Shown here piece after piece: positions 38,901-50,900 of a stretch of DNA of 64,000 bases (its first letter is position 1; every line of letters begins with the position of its first letter). The position numbers and the translations under genes were made by a program. The notes below the pieces were generated by a model. That model did no database searches, had not been told where the DNA came from, and saw only the letters and a list, made by a program, of their open reading frames with translations. This stretch comes from Callorhinchus milii (Eukaryota): contig NW_024704750.1 in NCBI RefSeq assembly GCF_018977255.1, positions 6,138,001-6,202,000 on the forward strand. Direction: 5' to 3'.

Positions 38901-41900
38901 TGAATAAATTTATAATTTGAAAAAATAGAAGGTAGACTTAACGGTACAACTTATTACAGTGGGTTAATATGATTGATTTGTGTATTTGTTTCATAGACTT
39001 GGCGTACTTGCAGAGAACAAGGACAACTGAGATTTCCAAGGGTTCGTGAATATTTGTTTTCTGTCTTTTTTAAAATATTAGACGCTGCAGTCAATTTTGT
39101 GAAAGATGTTTTACTTGGTATACTTGTATGAGAGTTCTTTTATGTATTAATTTAGTTTGTTGTGACACAGGTTGAGTTAGACTGGGGGAAATCCAATTAC
39201 ATCCAGATCAAAAGGATAAAAGAGGTGAGCTTCATGTTATAGAGTTAAATCAAGTTGTCAGTTAAACTTTAGTTAATGTTTGCTGGCTTTACTAGTGTGG
39301 TTAAGGTGAAATTTGTTGAGAAATGCATATTTGCAGCCCTGCATAATAATTAACACTGTTCATGTAACTTTCGGTACTGTAAGCAAGTTGCTAACAGAAA
39401 GTTGCTACTGAAGCTATTAGACTGGTGCTAAGTCCTATTTTTCCTCTGTAAAGAATTGATGAAACATGTATTTGAAAAGGTAATTTCAGCTTTACTTCCA
39501 ATGGCTATCATCAATATAGCCATATTTATAATAGGCATTGGAATGTAAAGCTGAAATCCCCTGAAATTGAACATTGTACATCAGTTACAGGGATGCGAAG
39601 GAAGGATCACAAGTCATTTTTGGAAGTTTCTTCTTGAAGTTAGATCAGCTGCGAAAGGGAATATGACAATCTTGCATTGCAGTCGACTTTATTACAGCAG
39701 TGGGTATGAATGGGAAATGATTTGGTACAATGAAGAAATGAGTCGCGTTTGAAATGGGTTGATGTGAAGTTAATTGCTCTGTAGATTGTACCTTGTTCAC
39801 AATAAGTCCACATTGTAATTGACTGCCCTCTATGTGTGCATTTCAGGTGGCACAACTATATGAGGAACTGAAAGATCGTATACAGAAATTTGATATGTTT
39901 GTTGACCATCATTCTAGGTGCATGGATGAAGAGTATGTTCACAAGCAAAGGTTTATTCTGCAGGTACTGACTTTCTTTTAATGGCATGTAAATGCATACA
40001 TGCAGTATGGTTTATCCACACCTTTTTTTGTATGATTGCCATGCCTGTTTATAGTTGTGTGGGTAAATTCACAGAACTAAATTTTGAGGTTAGATGGCAC
40101 TATTATAATTTATTACTATATTGATATTGAAATACAAATATTTTCATAGGTTGTGCTTGCTGGAGCCTTTTACCCCAACTATTTCACATTTTGTCCACTC
40201 TCTGAAGAAACTGCTGTAAAAGAATTGTCTGGAAAATATGCGAATGCTACTGTGGTGGTACGTAGTTTGGAAGGTAGTAATTGCTTCTATTTTGTTAGCA
40301 TCATAAAAATATTAGATTGGTTCTGATGTTGAATATTAAAATTTTTGTTTCAGATGCGGAACATTCCACCTTATGGATTTCTGTATTACAAACAGCTGCA
40401 ATCCCTGTTCAGACAGTGTGGTCAGGTCAAGGCCATCTCATTTGATGGATCAAAGTAAGTTGCAATTAACGTGCTGATAACGTCAGTAAAACTAGGTTTT
40501 GATGATTTTTAACTTGTCGAACATACGTTTTTGAAAAATTAGTTAAGTAATAATTTTAATCACCATTTTATGAATTATGTTTTATTTCATATTAAGGAAA
40601 CTATTATACAGCAAAATACCAAGATTTTGATAGTGGATGCAAACTGAGATTGTACGAAGAAAGGTGAAAACAAAATAAAATATTGCAATAAGAACTTTGA
40701 GGCAAACCAGTTTTGAGATCCAAGATAACAATTACTATTTGGTAGGCATAGGTTTGTCTTACCTAACATGTTGACAACAGATTAACCTTGGGAAGTAGAC
40801 CTTCAGTTTAGGATGCATGTAAAACTAGAATATGGAATTTAGACTTTTCTACAAACAGACAATTTGAGTGATTTTGAACGTGGTGGTGTGATTTTATATT
40901 ATAATTTTCCATGTTATGATTTTCTTTGTTTTTCACAAATAGATGCTTTGTTGAGTTTGTGCAAAATCCAATAAAGAGAACTGGGATCCATCCTGCAGTG
41001 TATATGGCACTCAAGATGGCCCAGCTTCATATCCCCTTACAGTTAAATGTTCATCCAGTGGAGGAGATTGAAGCACTGAGCCAAGGACAGTCTTATGCAG
41101 GTTTACACAGACCAAGGTATCTTATTTATACAATACTAGTTGTACCCGTTGCAGCTGTGCTTACAACCAAAGGATCCAATATGGAATATAGATCTACACA
41201 CAGACAGACATTTCATCTTTAGACTCCTTTTGGGAGGACTGCTTGGTGCTTTAAAAATGCTTAACGCATGAATGATAGGTGATACCTGAAAACAAATATT
41301 CCCATGTCAATCCAAGATGCAAGATCTTTCCAATGAGGTATAAATCATGTCTCTATGTCAATCGGTTATTGAGATCCTTGAAGCACAAACAGACAGTGTT
41401 GTTTTATTGATATAGAAGATAGATTATATATAGAGAGAAGATGGTAATCAATACATTTTGTATCAAAGAAAGTTAGCAGTAACTTTGTGATCTAAACATA
41501 AGTCTGTTTACTTATTGGCCAATAAAGGTGCTGTTTGTAAAGTAATGTGACTGCATTACAGGATGTGGTCTGTATCAACAACATTTGTTTCGCGCCTTTC
41601 ATGTCGGGAGACAAGGCACTGGACAGTCAGGGATTTGGACCCGAACTTGGGATGGGATCAAGAGAGGTGGAGGGCAGGGAGGGTAGAGGCAGAATGGTGA
41701 CCCAAGGCACGGTCGAAGAGGAGGGTCTTGAGATGTGTCGTAGAGTCCTGTAGCTCAGTGGTTAGAGCACTCGCCTCACAAGCGAGAGAGTTGGGTTTGA
41801 TTCCTGGCAGGGTGAAACCTTGGTCAAGTTTCTTTACTTCACACTCCTGTTAATAATCCCTTAATAAAAAATATTATTTGGTCACTTCAATCCATGACTG

Positions 41901-44900
41901 TTTGTGGGACACTGCTGTGCGCAATTGGCTGCCGTGTTTTGCCCACAAAAATGCAGTCAATTCACTTTACAGTATATCCTGTGAAGCCCTTTGAGACGTC
42001 TGGAAGACATGAAAAGCGCTATATCAAATTCAAGGATTATTATTGTAGGAGGCAAGGAAGGGGTCAAGGGGAAGAGACTGGGATGGAGTTCACGGTTTAT
42101 GGAGGGAAGAGTTAGGGGTGCTTACAAGCAGGGAGGATCCTGGTGGGCTGAGGTGAGAGGCAGTGGTGGAACCAGGTGATGTGGAGGTGGGGTAAGACAA
42201 GAGGGCATGGATGTGGGATCAACAATGACCATGTGTAATTAATTCATAATTGTAATTGAATATTGATCAACTATTAATGTTGGCAGTGGTATATCGTTCA
42301 ATCTAATCATAAAAGAGATGGTGAAACCAAGATACAAGGTACTCAGTATGTTAATAAGCTCAATCGTTCTATGGAGACCTCAGTGAGAGTAAAGATAGTC
42401 ACATTTATATACTATAAATTTATCACAAATAGGCCATAAATTTAAAACTGTGTTTGTCACAGATAAAGCTATCATGTTTTTAACAATGATCACCTAAATG
42501 CCTTTCTATAGAGTTATTAGTAAAAATACACCCTACTTTTTGTCGACAATGAAGATTAAGTTATTAGGAGAATACTTGCGGTTTCTGTTATATCATCACA
42601 ATTGATGTCTTACTCTAGTCATGTACAGTAGCATATCAAACTAGGAGGACTGGGGCACAAATCTGACTCCTGTTCCATAATACAAAATGGTTTGGGGAGT
42701 TTAGATTATTGGATTCACCTGTAACTACCTCAAACTAATACCATAAACTGACTTCTTTTTTTTATTGTTGTAGGTTGTATGTAGACTATCAAAATTGGAC
42801 AGTTAAGCTGATGTCAGAGGAAATGTCGAGAGGTCTTTTGGAGTTGCCTTGTGATCCTATCCCATGTTTTTTCACCATGAATGTTACTGAAGTAATGTGA
42901 ATATTTGAATAGTAAACTTAAGTTTTTGTTATTGTTGAAATATAATCACCTTTGTACCTGGTGCTTCAGCCTATTTCCCATGCTTACTGAATTCCTGAAG
43001 ATGAATTAGGCTTCATGGCAGTGAGTTCGATGCTAACATACACTGATTGCTCTCAGCTGCAACATGTTGCATTTTTTTTGTATCGCTATTCTTAATCATA
43101 GTGAATACTGTAGTTTCACTCCTTCGCTGAAATTGCACAAGTCAGTAAACTTTGGAAATCTCTTCCTCAATCCCTCTGCCTTGCCCCCTAGTCCCCCATT
43201 TTCAGATCATGCCTGAAGACCTTCCTCTTCAACCATTCTTACGGTCACGTCCCCCCTGTTTGGTGTCAGTCTGTTAAGCGCTCTGAGTTGCTACCTCACA
43301 TGAATCATGCTATATAAATGCAAGTTGTTATTGTCATTATTAAGCAGCGAGCTAGCAGCTACACAAGTAATGCCCAAACAAATTTATTTTCCTTTCAGGT
43401 TGTTGAAGTTGGACACTTCTGGGGTTACAGAACAGATGGAGAAAGCTTACACACACTGAGCAAACTGATGACTGAAATTAACCAGATGAAGCTTACCCCC
43501 CTAGCTGTGGAACCATATCCTGATGTTTGTCTAGCACCATTCACAGATTGTAGCGAAACCCATTATTACAGGGCCAAAGTTTTACAAGTCTCTGGGGATT
43601 CTGCAGAGGTAGGAGTTTAGCTTTAAGAGTTGATTGTTTTCCCTTTTGCTCCATGAAATATTACTTTGTCGGAAAGATTGTATAGATATACATGGGATTT
43701 TATATCAAATAGACTTTTTGTGAGGGGAGGGTATTTTTTAAATCTACAGTAACGTTCATATGTAAATAATGAATCGTTTGTGAGTTCAATAACTTAATAT
43801 CCATAAAATGTGTACAACTTTATCTGTACAAAATTAATGTGTGGTATGAATGGAATTTTCATTTGGCTATGTTTTGCAGCATAAAGCAGTATGCCCACAA
43901 AATTACGTGTATGGTACTTATATATTGCTGTACTAGAACAGTGGAAAGTGGAACCAAAGATGCTCTTCAGTGGAAATGCAACCCGGATGTGGTATTAACA
44001 GATATCGTACACAACCTCTTGCATTTGTTTGTTCAGCACATGCAAGTGGAAAATTGGCATCATGAGTCCTGTAGCTTAATGCTTAGCGCGCACGCCTTGC
44101 AAGTGAGAGAAACTGGGTTTGATTCCTGGGCAGGGTAAAACTTTGGGCAAGTTTCCTTATTCTACATGGCGCTGTTTACCTAGCAGTAAGTAGGAACCTG
44201 GTTGTTAGTGGTTTAGCACATCACTTTTCCGGGGGTAAAAATCCCTTTTTTAAAAAAAAGTAATGATTTGGTCACTCAATCCATGGCTGTTTACCTTAGA
44301 ATACATTAGAATATACAGCACAGTCCATTCGGCCCAACTGGTCGATTCTGGTGTTCATGCTCCACATGAGCCTCCTCCTGCCTTCCTCAACTAAGCCTTC
44401 AAGCATAACCTTCTATTCCTTTCTCCCTCATGTACCTATCTAGCTTCCCCTTAAATACATCTATGCTATTTGTCTCAACAGCTTGTGGTAGCATGTTCCA
44501 CATTCCCACTATCTGTAAAGAAATTTCGTAAGTTCTATTTGTGACTATTTTATATTGATGACCCCTGGTCTTGGTCTACCCCACAAGTGGAAACATCTTC
44601 CCTATGTCTACCCTATCAAAACCTTTCATAATTTTAAGGACATCTATCAGGTCACCCCTTACTCTCCTCGTTTCAAGAGAAGAGTCCAAGCTTGTTCAGC
44701 CTTTCCTGATGGGTATAACCTCTCAGTTCTGGGATCATCCCTGTGAATCTCCTTTGCACCCTCTCCAATGCCTCTACATCCCTTCTATAATGTGGGGACA
44801 CAATATTATACAATATACTCCACACAATATTCTAAGTGTGGTCTAACCTAGGTTCTATAGAAGTTTACCATAACTTCCCTGCTTTTCATTTCTATCCCTC

Positions 44901-47900
44901 TAGAAATGAACCTCAATGCCTAGTTTGCTTTTTTATGGTCTTATTAACCTGCATTGCTACTTTTAGTGAATTGTGTATGTGTGCCCCAGATCCCTTTGCT
45001 CCTCTACCCCATTTAGTTTTTTTATTTTCCAGGATGTATGTGACTTTCTTATTCCTTCTACCAAAGTGTGCCACCTCAAACTTTTCTACATTGAAATACT
45101 TCTGCCATTTAAATGCCTATTCAGCAAATTTATTAATGTCTTGCTGTAATTTGTTGCAGTCCTCCTCTGTATTAACTACTCCTCTAATTTGGTGGCATCT
45201 GCAAATTTTGAAATTGTACTGCTGATTCCTGAGTCCAAATCATTAATGTATATTGTGGACAACAGTGGTTCCAATACCGATCCTTATGGAAAACCACTGC
45301 CCACCCTCTGCCAGTCTGAGTAGCTACCCTTTACTCCTATTTTCTGTTGTGCAGCCAGCTTGCTATCCATTCTGCTATTTTTCCCTTGACTCCCACATGC
45401 TCTGACCTTATTCATTAGTCTATTATGTGGTACCTTATCGAACGCCTTTTGGAAATCTAAATATATTACATCTACCGCATTACCTTTGTCTACTCTTTCT
45501 GTTACACCTTCAAAGAATTCAGTTAGGTTGGTCAAGAATGATCTTCCTTTTTGAAATCCGTGCTGACTATTTTTTATTATGTTTTCCATTTCTAGATGTT
45601 TTTCTATTACCTCCTTCAGTAAGGATTCCATTATCTTGCCTACCACCGAGGTTAAGCTGACAGGTCTATATTCCCTGGGCTTGTTCTATCTCCATTTTTA
45701 AATATAGATATAACATTAGCTATCCTCCTTGTGCTTGTGGGACACTGCTGTGTGCAGTTGGTTGCTGCGTTTCGCCCACAAAATAGTCAATTCACTTACA
45801 GTATATCCTGTGAAGCGCTTTGAGACGTCTTGAAGAAGTGATAAGGCGCTATATCAAATGCAAGAATTATTATTATGATCTATGCACATGAACAAGAGCT
45901 TTGAAAGCTTTATGCTGACCAATACCAAGATAGATGTAGCGAAGACCGAGAGAGGTGATTTGAGTATCAGACCACTTTGCCTCTGGATATTTACTTGCTT
46001 GTCCTACCCATGTGACTGACCATTTTCTTTTACAGGTATTCTTTGTGGATTATGGAAACACAGCACAAGTTCCTAGTCATCTACTGAGAAACATTTCTTC
46101 TCAATTTCTGGAGCTTCCTTTTCAGGTGTGAAAACCACAGCATAAAATGTCTTCTATTCAGAACAAAACTGAAACTAGGATTTCAAACTGAGGACTGGTT
46201 CTTTTTATAAATTTGTTGAATTTAGGTTTTTGAATTGTCTTAATATACATTGTTTTGAAAGCGGTTGGATGTGGAATAAGATTTGGAAATAAATAGGATG
46301 GGGATTCTTATTTTAGTGCAGTTATTTGTGACCCAAAGTGATAGCTGACAACAGCTGTGTGAGTGATTTCCACCTAACCTTTTTGGTTTCCTGTGGTGTG
46401 ATTCTAGCAGTACACATAATTTAATAACTAGCAGACGTTTGGTAAAGCGATAATGGTGACATACAATGGAGAATAATTTGTATATCCATTTGAATTCACA
46501 GTACTGTGATACATCTTTGGAATGTTACAATTATATGTGCTACTTTGCCAGGAAGCTGAATCTGATATTAAATTATCTAGATTCTTTGCAATAATGTAAA
46601 TCGGACAGTGTACTTTTTTCCAAGAAAGTGACTTCTGAAATATAATTTCACAAATGGAAATGTGTGTCTTGATGTGGTTTAATTTATTTAAATGAGACAG
46701 AGAATACAGATCAACTATTGTATTCCCATACTATGGGAGCCAAACCTGAGAATGATCTGTTCAAATGTTAATTAAGCTATTCTAGCATGCTTAAAGACGC
46801 TAAGGAAACTGCTTTTTAATGTTTATAATTTTTAACCCTTTTTGAGAAGTCTATTGCATTTTAATAGTATTAGATTTATTTATTTTGTATTTAGGCCCTC
46901 CAGTGCCAGATCTGCTGCATGCGGCCATCTGCACATTCTCTGATTTCTGGGGATCAGTGGAGTGCCAAAGCCAAGAAAAGATTCATCTCCCTGGTGAAGG
47001 ATTGTGTACTCCTTGTGAAAGTTTTCTCCACTGTGCACTGCACTTTGCGTGTGGACCTCAGTATACAGACTTCAAAGGGAGACCGTAATGTACGAGAAGT
47101 GCTAATCAGTGAAGGCTTTGCTGAACCAGCCGAGGAGTCTTATGAATCGAAGGTCTGATGATTGTTAATGTTTCAGCTGAGTATTAACAACTAATATTTA
47201 CATTTTAAACTCTAACATGGGAAATATCCCAGAAGTACTGTGTTCAGTTCTACTTGCTGACAGTTAAAGGGTCACTTAAGCTTTAAAGGTATTGCCAAGA
47301 AGAGCAACAAGATTAATTCTCACTATTAGTCACAGGAGCCCATTCTACCAGTGAACAACAAAATTACATTTGTATAGCGCCTTTCACGTCAGGAGGATGT
47401 CCCAAGGTGCTGGACAGACGAGAGTTTCAGACTTGACCTGGGGGTCGGGAAGGGCGGTGGGGAAGCGGGGTGATCGAAAGCACGATCGAAGAGGAGGGTC
47501 TTGAGATGGGTCTTGAAAGTGGCAAGGGAGAGGGCGAGGCGAGGGCCTGCGGGATGGAGTTTCAGAAGGTGGGGGCAGAGTGGCAATAGTGGGGTGAGCA
47601 AGGCAGGGGACGTGAAGCAGGCCGGAGCACGCTGAGCAAGGGAGCGAATGGGATGGTAAGGGGTTAGGAGGTCACAGAGGGAGGGAGGAGCAAAACCATG
47701 GAGGGCTTTGAAGGTGAGGACCAGGATCTTGAACTGTATCCTCTGAGTGATGGGAAGCCAGTGGACTTGGGCAAGGATGGGGATGATAGGGTTGCAGAGC
47801 CTAATGCGGGAGAGGACACGGGCTGCAGAGTTCTGGATGATCTGCAACCTATGGAGGGAGAAGTTGGGGAGGTCGACAAGCAATCAGTTTGCATAGTTGA

Positions 47901-50900
47901 GCCTCGATATAATGAAAGCACGTATGAGGGTTTCGGTGGCCTGCGGCAGTGAGACAGTGTCGGAATCGGGTGACGTTGCGGAGGTGGGGAAAGGCAGAGC
48001 AGGTCATGGCGCAGATGTGGGATAGAAAGGATAGTTGAGGATTAAACAAGATGCCAATGGTTCCGGACTGGCTTAGCAAGGTGGAATGTGCAACCATGGA
48101 TGGTGATGCGCTATCAGTTAAATAGTGGTGTTTGTTTTCACTGTTATTTTAACATTGGGACATTTTATACCTAGGAAAGCCATGAGCAGTTAAAGACCAG
48201 GTTCCAGACCCGTCTCCAAGAGAATTCACGGTTGACTCAACAAAACTCACGTGGAACTCAAACAACCAGATGGACCCAGAAAGAGGAAGACTGGAAGGTG
48301 ATACAGACAATAATGGAGAACTTCTCTTCTTCTAAACTGGGTCTTCCATCTTCCAAGGTGGGATTTCTTTACCTTCTCAAGTGAAACAAACGCATAAATA
48401 GTTAAAGGAAAATGCTTTTTTCAAAAGTTAACTAATTATGGGAAACCAACCTTTCATTTGTTCCTCAGGTTCTCTTGCATGGTCCCTTTAATCCATATGA
48501 AATCAGGTTTCACAGCATGACTGCCATGTCCAGATTCAGGTATGAGAAGTTTTTCCATTATATAGGTATTGGCAAATGAGATGCTGGACTATGTGGCCAA
48601 ATCAGTTGAGTTCAAATCCCAAACATCCTATATAATATGCTGCATACAGCTACATACATTTCTAGCTCCGACAATATAGAGGAATTGTTCAGGCTGTGCA
48701 GAGGAGAGCAATTAAGATGATCCCCAACATTAAAGGGATGAGCTATGAGAAAAGATTTGGCAAACTGTGGGTATTCAGTCTTGAAAGGAGGCATCTTAGA
48801 AAGAACCTTATAGAAGTATATACCATTTTAAATGTGACTAGAAAAAATAAACCCAGACCTTGCCAGGACACTTGTTTCAGGCCAGAACACTACAATCATT
48901 TTTTTAAAAAAACAAAAAACAGCTTGGCATGGTGATGGGAGGACTGTCGGGTGGGTATTCTGGAGGACTGTCGGGTGGGTATTCTGGAGGGACAAAATCA
49001 AATGGGCTGAAGAGCCTCTGGAACACTCCCTCAATCCCTTCAGCTTGCCCTCTCCACTTTTTCCAAGTCCCAGCTGAAAACCTTCCTCTTCGACCGTGCT
49101 TACAGCCACCTTCCCCAGCTCGGAGTCAGGCTCCGCCACTGTTAAGTGCTCGGAGACGCTACCCTGCATGAAGGGCACTGTATAAGTGCAAATTGTTATT
49201 TGTCCGAAGCAATGTTGCGAACTTTTGATGATATAAAGAGTGAGTCTTGATGTTCTCTGGAACTCCATCCCAGAATCCCTCCAATTCATCCCTCCCTTTC
49301 CATATTCCAGGCCTGTTTCAAGACTTACTTCTTTGACCCAATCAGCAGTATGAAGCATTTGAGGTATCCTACAGGCATGAAGGGCTCTACAGAAATGTTA
49401 ATTGTTTTGTTCTGTAATGTTCTTTTGAAAATGTTTTCATTCTTACTTTCTCTGTAGAAATGTGTGGATTGAGAGAGAAAGTATCAATTCAGTAGCTCTG
49501 AATGGTGCTCCAGAAGATGTTCACCAGAGAATGTTAGTTGCTGCATCTGTATCAGTAAATGCATCAGGTACTTGTATATAATTCTGTGAATACAAAATAA
49601 ACATGGCTTCTGATATAGTCAGTTAATTTCATTAGCTTCCTACTATATAGTTATAATGATCAGTTGTCAAGCACAAAACTAGTTTTGTAAGGGAATCGTG
49701 TGGTAAATATAATTTTTCTGGAAAGCTTAATTTTCTCAAATTAGTGAGACAATTTTGAACAATTTATTTTACTGTCTTATATCTCACTATTTGAAGAATA
49801 TTACTTAATTTTTATGTCAAAGTCGCTTCCCCTTTCTGTTTTTTTCTTATGTTCTTAATCAATTCTAACATTGCTAAGAGGTTGAATAACATGTCATTTC
49901 ATTGTTAGAGGCTTGACATTTTCCATTGATTATAGATTTGATGGGTTAAGGAATCAAAAATATCAAGGGGATCACTTGACAATATAAAGCATAGAATGAA
50001 GCTTGAACTTACTTAATCCAGAGATGAATGAGTCCTTGAAATACACTACAGTTTCTAGGTCATTTTTTGCATTTTAGATAGTCAGGGGAATTTTGTTAGT
50101 TTTTCAGTTAGCCTCGTGCTCCATGCCGACGAGCAGGATTCATGGCAGATTGCATAGGATCACGGGTTCTAATTGGCTTAATCATTTGAAGTGCAATTGT
50201 ACCATGTGGTGAACTATAGTTAGCTTTTATTCATCTAATGTTACAGGCAAAGCATACCATGTCTAAGCATGCTATTTCCAAAGTGCACATACTAAAGTAC
50301 AGTATGGATATAGAAATGTATCTTTTATTGGCTTTCAAATTCAACATGGTGAAACGAGTGTCTGGAATACGCATTCCTGTGCCATTCAGTCAGAGACCTC
50401 TTCAAAATGAGTTGCTTTCATTCTAGTTTTGATGCAAGTGAATCCACTTTTGCAATGTCATTTGTTGCATTGCCAGTTAGATCATTGGTGTTGCCACATT
50501 TGGAGTAATGGTATATGTATCGTCAAAAATGTTTTGAAGCAAAGAAAGAAGAAGCTAAAGTTAATTTATTATGAGTTATGGGAAAAGTTCACAAGAGTTG
50601 AATTGGTTCACATAAGAATAAAAAAAGATTGAAGGAAGGTATATTCCACGTCATTAAAGTAAATGAAATCCATCACCATACTTATGAGTATCCAAATCAA
50701 ACAAAGTTCTATGCATCCCATCTATGCATGGAAAAGCCCATGTGTAGAAATTCCTGTGGGCGAGGTAGATGTAGGCAGACTATATAAGCAAACTTCTATT
50801 ATTTAACGCATTTTGCCAATACTTGATTTTGAAGGCTCAACTATAATTGTAAGAGAAACAACTTTGATGCCAAACATCCATGGACTTCCAGCTCTCATTT

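Noticed and set aside
41117-41125. Donor GTATCTTAT resembling a U12 5' splice site
   Set aside because: Does not match GTATCCTT, and no U12 branch site is evident; treated as an ordinary U2 intron.
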